Shown here: positions 49,588 to 61,085 of the stretch, one piece after another
How the letters are laid out: each line of letters opens with the position of its first letter
Numbering within the stretch: the first letter of the stretch is position 1
DNA from: Octopus sinensis
Lineage: Eukaryota
Direction: 5' to 3'
Assembly: GCF_006345805.1 (NCBI RefSeq)
Contig: NC_043013.1
Span: 7,812,001-7,876,000 of the forward strand
DNA: 64,000 bases
Made by a program: the position numbers and the translations under genes
Notes under the pieces: model-generated
Told to the model about the DNA's origin: nothing
Seen by the model: the letters and a program-made list of their open reading frames with translations, nothing else
The model's database searches: none

Positions 49588-49975
49588 CAGGAGTGGCTGT
49601 GCGGTAAGTAGCTTGTCTACCAACCACATGGTTCCGGGTTCAGTCCTACTGCGTGGCACCTTGGGCAAGTGTCTTCTACTATAGCCTCGAGCTGACCAAA
49701 GCCTTGTGAGTGGATTTGGTAGAGGGAAACTGAAAGAAGCCCGTCGTATATATGTATATATATATATATATATGCGTGTGTGTGTTTGTCCCCTAGCATC
49801 GCTTGACAACCGATGCTGGTGTGTTTATGTCCCTGTAACTTAGCGGTTCGGCAAAAGAGACCGATAGAATAAGTACTGGGCTTACAAAAGAATAAGTCCC
49901 GGGGTCGAGTTGCTCGACTAAAGGTGGTGCTCCAGCATGGCCGCAGTCAAATGACTGAAACAAGTAAAAGAGTAA
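49588..49975 (+). mobile_element. Full-length CORE-type SINE
   Basis: Little-diverged copy of the family. Confidence 0.88.
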
Positions 49976-50033
49976 ATGAAAACTAACTGATTTATGAATT
50001 CTATAAAAAAAATATAATGCTTTAGTAAATCAC

Positions 50034-50150
50034 CTGAGTTTTGAACTGGCTGAGGGCATCATCCAGAGCTTCTTCGGGGCTCATTTCAAATTCTTCAATA
50101 TTTTCAACAACAGCATCATCAAAAGTCTCCTGACTGATCAATTTAGACAT
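50034..50150 (-). CDS. ARMC6: ARMC6 coding exon 1 (ATG directly after a splice acceptor)
   Basis: ctttctag|ATG; [39 protein letters not shown] matches ARMC6 [25 protein letters not shown]..QF; gtgatt donor. Confidence 0.93.
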
Positions 50151-50189
50151 CTAGAAAGTAGAAAGAAAGGATTTATGACATTACATTAT

Positions 50190-50573
50190 GGAAGCACTCC
50201 GTCGGTTACGACGACGAGGGTTCCGGTTGATCCGAATCAATGGAACAGCCTGCTCGTGAAATTAACATGTAAGTGGCTGAGCACTCCACAGACATGTGTA
50301 CCCTTAACATAGTTCTCGGGGATATTCAGCGTGACACAGAGAGTGACAAGGCTGGCCCTTTGAAATACAGGTACAACAGAAACAGGAAGTAACAGTGAGA
50401 GAAAGTTGTGGTGAAAGAGTACAGCAGGGATCACCACCATCCCTGCCGGAGCCTCGTGGAGCTTTAGGTGTTTTCGCTCAATAAACACTCACAACGCCCG
50501 GTCTGGGAATCGAAACCGCGATCCTATGACCGCGAGTTCGCTGCCCTAACCACTGGGCCATTGCGCCTCCACT
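50190..50573 (-). mobile_element. Full-length tRNA-derived SINE (ggaggcgcaatggcc family) with 12-bp TSD
   Basis: A box tggcccagtgg, B box ggtttcgattcc; acattacattat at 50178-50189 and 50574-50585. Confidence 0.85.
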
Positions 50574-51299
50574 ACATTACATTATATTCATTAATTGTAT
50601 TGTTAAATATTTTCATATCATCATCATCATTTAACACCAGGTTTCCATGTTCACAAGGGTTGGACAAGATTTGATGAGTTGAAGGACTGCATAATGCTTT
50701 GGTATAGTTTCTACAGCTGGATGTCCTTCCTAAAGCCAACCATTTCACAGAGTGTATTGGATGCTGTTTTCATGGTGCCAGCACTAGCAATGATTATCTC
50801 ATAACATGCAAGGCTAAGGGCCTAAAGTGGCCCCTTTATGTAAAGGAAATGTCATTTATTCATTCTGTTGACATGTAAGTCTGAAGGTATAATTATATTC
50901 TCAAGCAATCTTTCTGTCGTATTTGAAAAAAAAAATATTACCTCTTATAATATTTTGTATTTCAATTGTTACAAGTCATATAAAGACAAGAAGGCCATTC
51001 CTTTTTTTTGTTCTAGGTGATAGTGGCATCAAACTACCTGGCTCAACATCACCCATGGGAGTCTTCAGGTAGTTCGTTATTTTGCAAGCTTTTACACCTG
51101 GCTTTTGGCAAGGGCTTTACAATGACCAGTCCAGGCACCGTCGCCCTCTACGTTTCCCCTATGATCCAAAACCCTTTTGGTTTATTGTCGTTTCACCTCA
51201 AGTGAGCATAGATTAAGCAAACAGCTCAAAATTATTCCAGTCATGATCATTTCATCTTTTTGTAGGACACAGTATACTTAGGACCCCAATATCTAATGA

Positions 51300-51525
51300 A
51301 CACCCATGCCAGTGCCACCTGACTGGCCCCCGTGCCGGTGGCACATAAAAAGCACTTACTACATACTCAGAGTGGTTGGCGTTAGGAAGGGCATCCAGCT
51401 GTAGAAACCTTGCCAAATCAGATTGGAGCCTGGTGCAGCCATCTGGTTTGCCAGCCCTCAGTCAAATCATCCAACCCATGCCAGCATAGAAAGCGGACGT
51501 TAAACGATGATGATGATGATGATGA
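51300..51525 (+). mobile_element. RTE 3'-tail copy
   Basis: Tail motif plus (GAT)n. Other partial copies at about 5590-5710, 7130-7330, 33180-33325, 45760-45870, 46280-46420, 50610-50790, 51920-52000 and 52960-53185. Confidence 0.8.
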
Positions 51526-52537
51526 TTTCTAAAAAAATACACAACATATGCGTTTCAATTAATTTAAAAAATAATCAGGAATTTGAATAGAATTGAGTAA
51601 AATAACTAATGTTTTATTAAGATGGTGTCTGAAACTTAACATACCAAATGGGGTCTTCCAGAAAATTGTGATAGAAAGTTTTGATTTAAGCAAGAACACT
51701 TTGACCTTTTTGCTACATATTTCTGTCGAAATACTCAGCATTTGTTTCAATTAATTTTGAAAATAAGGAAGAATTTAGTAAAAGAACATTCCCTTTGCTC
51801 AACCCTTCTCCATTTCTACACAGATGGATGCTATGACTGGGTCTCTCATAGCCAATTCCAAGAGAGAGAGAGATGGATTAGTCCCGGTACATGATGGCAT
51901 TATTAAGATGGTAACAGTCTTCAGAATTGCTAGCTCCTGTCAATCTGTCCAACCCATGCCAGTATGGAAAGCAGATGTTAATGATGATGATGATGATGAT
52001 GACATACATGCATTCATACATGAATATATAACACAGAGCATACAAACATACACACACATTGATTAGCACACATCAGATAAAAATAGAGACAAGGAAAGTG
52101 ATATCATGATATAAATAACTATTATCATCCTCCTCCTCCTCCACATCATCGTCATCAGTCTTCCATAATTCCAACCATATAATCACTCCACCCCTATCAC
52201 CTAAAATAAGTCCACCCTTCTTTCCATTTTCCATGCTTTACATCTAACATTTCATTCACTATGGGTCAGGTTAAGAAAATAATTTTTTTTCAGTGCCTCC
52301 TGGTAAATTTTCTGTGTTAATTAATCCCAGTTGTTTAAAATTAGTCATAATCAACCATGTTCTAATTACATCTCACATCATGTACTTTATTTTACTTCCC
52401 TTCTACTACGAAATAGCAACATTCCTTAACTCAGCTGCTTGGCCTGCAAGACATAACCAAATCTTCCTCAAAGTAAATCTTATTTGCTCTAAGCAAGACA
52501 GACACACTGAATAATGCAACCCACTTGCCCACATTGA

Positions 52538-52815
52538 AAGGTCACAGCTTTGGTACTACAGACATGTGGTCAGAATGCCACAAAAATGGATTGCAAGACA
52601 GATTCTTCAAGCCAAGCCAACTAGCAGGAGACATAGGGGTAGACTAAGAATGAGATGGTCAGATAATAGTCAGTTTCAGTTGGTCGTTTTTAGGGACCAG
52701 TAGGAAAGTGTAATGATGGTTGCTTCTGATAGGACTCGTATGAAGACGATGCCTGAAGACTTTACTCAGACAACATTCCCAGGTTTAGCAGGTAACAAAA
52801 CTGGATGGATGGATT
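52538..52815 (+). mobile_element. Third RTE-family 3' fragment
   Basis: RSQLWYYRHVVRMPQKWIARQILQAKPTSRRHRGRLRMRWSDN fits the RTE C-terminal LRWxGHVxRM..RGRPxxRW pattern; (GGAT)n tail. Confidence 0.7.
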
Positions 52816-53380
52816 GGAAAAATATTGGTGCCTTCTACTACAGCCTAAGGCCAACCAAAGCCTTGTGAGTGGATCTGGTAGACAGAAACTGGAAGAAGCT
52901 CAGCATATATATGTGTGTGTATGTATGTATATATATATATATATATAATATATATATATATCGTCATCATCGTTTAACGTCTGTTTTCCATGCTAGCATG
53001 GGTTGGGAAGCCAGGAGGCTGCACCAGGCTCTAGTCTGATCTGGCAGTGTTTCTACAGCTGGATGCCCTTCCTAACGCCAACCACTCCGTGAGTGTAGTG
53101 GGTGCTTTTTACATGCCACTGGCTCAGGGGCCAGAGGAGGCTGGCAACAGCCACGATCAGTTGGTGCTTTTTACATGCCACCAGCGCGGAAGACATATAT
53201 ATATATATACATACAAGAGTAGAGTGTGGCGAATAAGGATATATATGATGAGCTTCTGTAAAGTTTCCATTTACCAAATTCCATTCAACAGAATCGAACC
53301 TAGAGTCACATGGTTGCAAAGGGAAATTCTTAAACATAAGGCTATGTTGCAGCTAGCATTAGTATAAATGTAAAAAATAA

Positions 53381-53660
53381 ACAAGAGCACTCAGACAGTG
53401 CAAACCTCCGCCAAGGCAACACCAACGTCCAAAAATGAACCCGACCGTTCTCAAAGATTAAGTTTTTTAAAAAAAACAACAACAGAAAAAACAATCCAGA
53501 ATCCTTGTCCGGGACCGGATCGATCCCAGAATCTAATCAGTTCGTGCCAGTCACGAGGCCAAACATCCCTGCAAGTTTCATCTGAATCCATCCAGCTGTT
53601 CTTGAGATATCTTGTCAACGGATAAACAAACACCACAGAAAACAATACCCCCGGAAAATA
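53381..53660 (+). mobile_element. HINE/Helentron-like non-autonomous element
   Basis: aacaagagcactcag..aaacctccgccaagg start, caagtttcat core, aaacaaac microsatellite, aaaacaatacc end; resemblance from memory only. Confidence 0.4.
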
Positions 53661-55010
53661 ATAATGACGCCGGATGCAACAAATTTTTTTTTTTATATAT
53701 ATATAAAACGGAAGAACAGTTTTCTTTCCATAATTCTATAACTGAATAGAGGAACAAAGACGGAAAATTTGGATTCTGTTCCATGCCACATTATAGATTT
53801 TAACGGATTTATCCAGCAGGTTCATCACGGGGTAACATAAATGGTCAAAACGAGAAAATCCGTTGTACAGGGTTCATCGTTCTTTGCCTTTCATCGTTTC
53901 GGGGTCGATAAATTAAGTACCAGTTACCCACTGGGGTCGATGTAATCGACTTAATACCTATGCCTGTCCTTGTTTGTCCCCTCTGTGTTTAGCCCCTTGT
54001 GGGTAATAAAGAAATAGGTTTACCAATAACCCGAGTCTGCTGCTATTTGTGCAACAGACAAAGGATGGGGGAATGGAACTAGTTTCAGTCTGTGAATCAA
54101 CCAATTCTCTTAGAAACGGTCGGAACTGTAATTCCAAGTCTCTTTGTTTTAAAGTAATGGTAATTTTTTTATTTTATTTTAGTCTAATTAAATTAAATTA
54201 AACATAGGGACGAGTTCTTTGAAACTGAAAGCAAACGCTAAAAGAGAAATACACATACCAACACACGCATAGAATACCTTTGTGTAAAAGGTAAATTAGG
54301 GGAAACTTTTTAAGCGGTCGTTCAACGTGCTAGAAATAGCAACTAAATCTCTCCTTCAAACCACATCATTCAGTCTTAAACAAGGAAGGAAGCATTGAAT
54401 AATGTAATCCTATATATATATACTATGTCTGAAAATAAGATAATATGTTTGTGTCTGTGTTTGTCCCCCCAACATCGCTTGACAACCGATGCTGGTGTGT
54501 TTACGTTCCCGTAACTTAGCGGTTCGGCAAAAGAGACCGATAGAATAAGGGAGGTATAAGATAATAGGAATTACCATTTATCATAAGACAACCGAATCAA
54601 AACGGACCTGGAACTCCAAAACCGGCAATCTGCTAAAAGATTGGAACAGCAACCAAAATTCTTCAACTCTCAGACACCAGAGGTACATCATTTAAGCAGT
54701 GAGGGAAAGAGGAATCACATAAAAACATAAAAACTGCGGGTTTGCCTAATTAATATTAATAATGGGGGGAAATTTAATGAGAAAAGGTGTTCATAATTGA
54801 ACTACTAAAGAAAATACGCCGGTTTCTAATTAGCGTCTTTCTACTTTCCCCGATTGTCCCCTGTTCGTTTAGTTTTGTAGTGGAAAAAAACCCTTATTTG
54901 CTTGTGTGTGTGTATATATACATATACATACACATATATAAATAAATATATATATATAATAAATAGATGTGAAAAAACTGAACCGAAATTGTTGGTAACA
55001 GAAGACTTAC

Positions 55011-55090
55011 GATGATGAATGAAAACCAAGAAGTCCGCAGTCGGAAATAAACGCGTGTCTTTAGGCACACCTGACTTGCCTCCCTTGGTA

Positions 55091-55095
<5 letters not shown>
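55011..55095 (-). other. Candidate non-coding first exon of ARMC6
   Basis: Perfect GTAAGT donor at 55010-55005 beside a CpG-containing unique segment. The ATG exon needs an upstream exon. 5' boundary unknown. Confidence 0.35.
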
Positions 55096-55127
<32 letters not shown>

Positions 55128-55190
55128 TCCTCTCTCTCTCTCTTTCTGTCTCTTTCTCTCTTTTTGTCTCTTTCTCTGTATTTCTCTTCA

Positions 55191-55241
<51 letters not shown>

Positions 55242-55377
55242 CTTTCTCTCTCTCTCCGTCTTTCTCGCTCTCTCTCTTTCTTTCGCTCTATAATTTATAT
55301 TCATTTCCAACAAAGGAATTAATCTCTTTACATTCTGAGTCAAAATCTCGCTAACGTTGGTCGTATTCACTTTTAAT

Positions 55378-55576
55378 CTCTCTTTTACTTGTTTCACTCA
55401 TTTGACTGCGGCCATGCTGGAGCATCGCCCTTTAGTCGAGCAAATCGACCCCACAGGACTCATTCTTTGTAAGCCTAGTACTTATTCTATCGGTCAATTT
55501 TGCCGAACCGCTAAGTTACGGGGACATAAACACACCAGCATCGGTTGTCAAGCGATAATGGGGGGACAAACACAGA

Positions 55577-55662
<86 letters not shown>

Positions 55663-55830
55663 CGACGGGCTTCTTTTCAGTTTCCTTCTACCAAATCCAC
55701 TCACAAGGCTTTGGTCGGCCCGAGGCTATAGTAGAAGACACTTGCCCAACGTGCCACGCAGTGGGAATGAACTCGGAACCATGTGGCTGGTAAGCAAGCT
55801 ACTTACCACACAGCCACTCCTGCGCCTATC
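55378..55830 (-). mobile_element. Full-length CORE-type SINE
   Basis: Reverse complement of the family with expanded (CA)n. Confidence 0.85.
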
Positions 55831-56343
55831 TAGGCAAAATCTTAACATTTCTTCACATTCTGAATTCAAATCTCGTTGTGGTTTACATTCATTTGTAATA
55901 TAGGTGCAAGGTTCTTTAACTCTCTCTTTCTTTGGGGTTTTAACATTTGTTTCTGTTACAGACACCAAGCTCCTTACATTCTAACAAACTTGTTCGTGCA
56001 ATGAACGAAATATTTTGTAATGTGTATTCCAGCTCTTTGTGTTCATAGTTCTAATCTTGCTTTTCATCTCTCCAGGGTCGATACAATAAAGTACTAAGTC
56101 AAGTACTGAGATTGATATAATCGATCGTGACCCCTTCCAGAGACTACTGGCCTTGTGTCAATGTCACAAAGCCTGTTAAATTATTTCAGCGGATATGGGA
56201 GACAACTCTTGATATATTTTGGTCTTATTACGTCCCCATCAGCGAAATAAATTTCGACTGACTTCCTGAAGAGATGATAGAAAAATCATAAAGTTAATGT
56301 ACAAAATTATACATTGGGTGTCGAAAAACAGATGAGTTTAGAG

Positions 56344-56489
56344 CAGGTATAAGAAACCTTTTTTTGATAAGCAGACTGCTGAGATATGGCTCATCATTAG
56401 GCGAGCCGGGTTATTAAAAACGTTCAAGGTAAATTTTCGTTGAGCGTACCATTCAGAAAGCCCCGTGGGCCTCAGGTTGTTCATGCCTG
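56344..56489. mobile_element. Small hAT MITE
   Basis: TIRs caggtataagaaacct / aggttgttcatgcctg; 8-bp TSD gtttagag / gtttaaag. Confidence 0.65.
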
Positions 56490-56940
56490 GTTTAAAGAAT
56501 AAATAGTTCAGAGGTGCCATCAGCACAGAAAACAGCAGTTAAGTTACTGTTAACATATTTAACGCACAGAGTATTAAAAATCAAATTATTTGAAATAATT
56601 AGATCATATCAAGAACTGAACTTGTGTATTTGTTTTAAAATTAAAGAAATTTCATCATTAATATTTACAAGTCACAACATTGTATTTAAGACTATACTGC
56701 GAATGTAAAATAAAATTACTTCGAAGATGGAAATCATATTTAGCTGTTGTTTCTTTCTCCATACCTACACATCTGTGTCCCCACCACCAACTTTGTTTCT
56801 TCATAACTTCCAGCAAAATGGATATTCCTAAATAAATTTTCTATATATATATACTTCAGTTGATGTAGATTCCAATTATATTGGAATTTATTTACATTAT
56901 TTACAATTGATGGATATTTGTCCTCATCTTGTTTGTTATT

Positions 56941-56986
56941 AACACAACGTTTCGGCTGATATAACTTCCAGCCTTCATCAGGTGTC
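56941..56986 (-). ncRNA. Minimal type I hammerhead ribozyme motif (dimer type)
   Basis: Minus strand 5'-GACAC-CUGAUGA-A-GGCUG-GAAGUUAUAU-CAGCC-GAA-ACGU-U-GUGUU-3'. All core nucleotides are present, with a 5-bp stem I (one G-U), 5-bp stem II, loopless palindromic stem III (ACGU) and a GUU cleavage triplet. Confidence 0.75.
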
Positions 56987-57065
56987 TTGGGGGAAATTTC
57001 TGACCTGGGTTCTCATTCCTAAGGTATTTTTTGATGTTGTTGTTGTTGTTATTATTATTATTATT

Positions 57066-57542
57066 TTTACGTAAAAAGCACCATCCGTTTGTGACCGTTG
57101 CCAGCGCCGCCCCAACTGGCCACACAGCCACTCCTGCGCCTAGAGAAAAAATATGGAATGCTTCATGAATTTGCATGTCAAAATAAATATCAAATGGAAA
57201 TTGTAGTTGTGATACCTGTGTCGGTGGCACATAAAAAGCACCAGCTGAATGTGGCCTATGCCAGCGCCGCCTTGACTGGCTTCTGTGCCGGTGGCACATA
57301 AAAAGCACCAACCGATTGTGGCCACTGCCAGACTCCCCTGACACCTGTGCTGGTGGCACGTAAAAAACACCCACTTACACTCACGGAGTGCTTAGTGTTA
57401 GGAAGGGCATCCACCTGTAGAAACACTGCCAGATCAGACTGGAGCCTGGTGCAGCCTCCTGGCTTCCCAGATTCCGGTCGAACCATCCAACCCGTGCTAG
57501 CACGGAAAACGGACGTTAAACGATGATGATGATGATGATGAT
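57066..57542 (+). mobile_element. RTE 3'UTR insertion (with short foreign piece) inside the hammerhead SINE
   Basis: Tandem gtggcacataaaaagcacc units, tail motif and (GAT)n at 57522-57542. Confidence 0.8.
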
Positions 57543-57618
57543 GTCACTTCCAGGAATCGAACTCGGAATCTTGGGGTTAGTAGCGCACGCTCTTAACCAC
57601 TACGCCATATGCCCGTGG
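57543..57618 (-). mobile_element. tRNA-derived SINE head (Pol III A and B boxes)
   Basis: Minus strand TGGCGTAGTGG (57607-57597) and GAGTTCGATTCC (57564-57553); degenerate cloverleaf, not a functional tRNA. Confidence 0.75.
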
Positions 57619-58094
57619 GCATATCGGAATTTGTTGTGAAAATGTTTTTCAGGGTTTGTGTAGAATATTTTCAGAAATTTCATGCGAGTCGAAAAATAAA
57701 TGAGTTTAGAGCTATGTTTCCTCATAACTCGCAGAAAATTGAACATTTTTTGATGAAATTTTTCTACGAATACCTCTCAGGTGGTGTAGATTACAATAAT
57801 ACCAGAATCTAGTGAGGAAAACAAATAAGTGGGCATGTACACGTACATACTGACACACATCACATATATATCTACATAATGAAACTTGAAATTAAAAAAA
57901 AAATAAATCGTGATGTGTATCAGTAAACGTGTGCACACCCATCATTTTTTTTTTCTCACATTAAATTCCGATTTAATCGTAATTTATACCATCTGAAATT
58001 AATTTCTACAAAAATTTCACTGAAATATGCCCGTTTTTCTTAAATTTACATGGAAACAAAGTCAGAAGTGTGAGGACATTTGTATTGGTATGCC

Positions 58095-58533
58095 GGATCT
58101 TTTCGGTTTGAACGGCAGTTTTTTCTAGCGGTGTCATATGAAATTGTCACCCATAATTATGACCCTAGTATCGATCTATTGCATTTCAATCTGTTTTGGG
58201 GTTAGGGTTAGAGTTATTGTAAGGGTTAGAGGTGGGGGGAAGGGTATCTTTTTTTTCTTCAGAAATGTAAATAAAGCCAATCTGTTTCTTAAACAAGGGA
58301 CATATTCATACGGCACAGAATGTTTTCACCTCAATAGACGTCATTGATTGGTTGAGATTGCAGAAATTGAAGAAAAAAAAACAACAAATATCTTACAAAC
58401 TATAGAATTTTTCTCAATAAAGCCAAGAGAAAAAGATGTTTTATAAACACATTCTACCAGTATACGAAGCGTAAAAGTGTTTAGTTACGTGGAAATTATT
58501 TTTAAAAAACTGTTGGTCAAACCGAAAAGATCC
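58095..58533 (-). mobile_element. Merlin-type MITE family 1, copy B
   Basis: TIR ggatcttttcggtttgaacggcagttttt; 8-bp TSD ggtatgcc / gttatgcc. Confidence 0.8.
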
Positions 58534-58786
58534 GTTATGCCTTTCTTTCTAGAATTGTGGTCAAACTTGCCATCCATCAACCAAGTTGGATCTCTTGTTG
58601 ATAATGCTACTAAAAATCGTTTTTTGTTTTTTATTTAGTTTCCAACTACACACGCATGCACACATACATAAACACGCTCACAACACCAACAACAACAACA
58701 ATCACTATCACCACAACAACTTTAATAATAGAACCTATACATTGGTCATTTTCGATCTTCAAGAATTGGCAATTAAATCTCTCTCA

Positions 58787-59231
58787 GGATCTTTTCGGTT
58801 TGAACGGCAGTTTTTTAAAATAATTTCCACTTAACACTTTCAAACTTCGTATACTGGTAGAATGTGTTTATAAAACATCTTTTTCTCTTGGCTTTATTGA
58901 GAAAATTCTATAGTTTCTAAGATATTTGTTGTTTTTTTTTCTTCAATTTCTGCAATTTCAACCAATCAATGACGTCTATTGAGGTAAAAAGCATTCTGTG
59001 CTGTATGAATATGTCCCTCGTTTAAGAAACAGATTGGGTTTATTTACATTTCTGAAGAAAAAAAGATACCCTTCCCCCACCCCCACCCCTAACCCTAACC
59101 CTAAATAACCCTAACTAACCCTAACCCTAAAACAGATTGAAATGCAATAGATCGATACTAGGGTCATAATTATGGGTGACAATTTCATATGACACCGCTA
59201 GAAAAAACTGCTGTTCAAACCGAAAAGATCC
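58787..59231 (+). mobile_element. Merlin-type MITE family 1, copy C, with six CCCTAA hexamers
   Basis: Same TIR; 8-bp TSD ctctctca / ctccctca; CCCTAA x6 in 59087-59130. Confidence 0.8.
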
Positions 59232-59997
59232 CTCCCTCAAATGATACTCTATTATCTTGAAAAAAAAAAGGGATATATTGAATACTGATATATTCTATAG
59301 ACACAGGTGTATCTGTACAATAAGTTTGCTTCCCAACTACAAGATGCTAGTTTCGGTCCCCTTATGTGACATCCTGGGCAAGTATCTTCCTCGATAGCTT
59401 GGGCTGTCTAGGGCTTTGTGAGTGGATTTCCTATACAGTAACTGAAAGAAGTCCTGTATATTACATTCTTTTATTTGTTCCAGTTATTTGACTGTGGCCA
59501 TGCTGGAGCACCACCTTGGAAGGATTTTAGTCAAACAAATCAAGCCCGGGAGTTATTTTTTAAGCATTGTACTTATTCTATTGGTCACTTTCACCGAACG
59601 GCTAAGTTATGGGGACAGTTTTAAAGTCCACTTTTCTGTGCTTGCATGGATCAGAAAGAGTTCATTTAGACAGATTTTTTTTTTTACAGCTGGATGCCTT
59701 TCCTGCCACCAACCTTCACCTATTTCCAAGCACAGTAATATTTCCCCTTGACCAGGCATATTTTCACAGAATTTTGGAAATGAACAACACTACTATACGA
59801 CAGCAGTGGCACCGCTAATTAACAACTATCACATGATATCAAGACAAAGAGACAAACATACACACACTCATGCATACACCATATAACTAAAAAATATGGA
59901 TTGGCCCAAGAATTGAAATAACAGCTTCATCGTCATCACCATCCTCATCAGCAGCAGCATCATTTATTGTCCATTTTCCATGCTGGCACGGATTAGA

Positions 59998-60322
59998 CCT
60001 GGGGGTTGGCAAACGAGGGTAAATTACCACAAGTGGGGCAAAAATGAAATTCTTGAGGTTGATGCGGACTCGTTAGACATAAGTAGAATTATATAAAAAA
60101 CGTGTTCCTTGTAATGACAGAAATTTTTCTTCTCTCAACACTGCATTTGTCCAATGTTGTGGACTTGTAAATAGATTCATATAAATAGATTTAATAAAAT
60201 AGATGCAATAAACCTTTTAAATTCAAAGAATCTATGATTTTCTTCCTTTCAAATTAATGGTGTAATATCGGCATAAATAAATATATTTTGGGTTAATTGG
60301 TTAAAGTTCCCTGACCCCTAGG
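59998..60322. mobile_element. Probable hAT MITE, diverged
   Basis: cctgggggttggcaaac / aagttccctgacccctagg imperfect ends. Confidence 0.4.
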
Positions 60323-61085
60323 TTAGTCAGTTTGACTGGAGATGGTGAGCCAGAGAGCCGCACCAGGCTCCAGTCCATTTTGGCTTGGTTTATACAGTTT
60401 AATGCCCTTCCTAATGCCAACTACTCCACAAAGTGTACTGGGTGCCTTTTACATGTCACCTACTATCTATTGTTCAATTGTGGTCGAAACAATGGAATTT
60501 ACTATGTTATGCCAGACTTCATGGTCCATCATAGCATTACGGAGGTCCTGTTGTTGGATGCCTGTATCCCTGGAGATTACATCAGGGTAGGAGAGTGTGC
60601 GCCCTCTGGTATCACGAGCAGATGGCTTCCAGAGGAGAAGAGTAGAAATAACCTCGTTTTCAGCTCTATAACAATGTCCAGCAAACTGGACTCTTCTACC
60701 TTTCACAAGAGATGATACAGGTGGTAATTTCCCATATATTTGTACTTTGGTTGGATGACGCTTCCACGAGAGATTTTGAGCTCGCATAAGGAGGCGAGTG
60801 TAAGTTCCATCCAACCGCCTCTCATAGGTGCCTTTTAAGTGTCACTGACATGGGTGCTATTCACATGTCACCAGCAGTGGCCACGACCACAGTTTCGCTT
60901 GGCTTGACGTAGCTTCTCAAGCACAGAAATTTACCAGAAGTCCTGGTCACTTGACATCGCCTCTGTGAGACTCGACATCCAAAGACCACCATGTCCCATT
61001 TCTTCATGGGTATACCTCTTTCACAGGTTCCTTCCGTAATTAGAGATTAGCACTTCGTTATGCAGCTGTCCTCATCCATACACAG
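60322..61085 (-). mobile_element. Old RTE 3' fragment interrupted by a second-family RTE fragment (about 60461-60825)
   Basis: Outer: DEDSCITKC..EGTCERG..WDMVV plus tail. Inner: ORF 60467-60814 GRRVQFAGHCYRAENEVISTLLLWKP; ggtgcctttta..tgtcac duplicated on both sides. Confidence 0.7.

Noticed and set aside
54841-55397. Lys/Glu/Arg-rich and Ser/Leu/Phe-rich ORFs
   Set aside because: Translations of (CT)n/(CTTT)n microsatellites.
57543-57618. Functional tRNA gene (also heads at 9363, 50500-50572, 63459)
   Set aside because: Acceptor and anticodon stems do not pair; these are SINE heads retaining only A/B boxes.
59087-59130. True or fused telomere
   Set aside because: Only six hexamers, wholly inside a TSD-bounded MITE.
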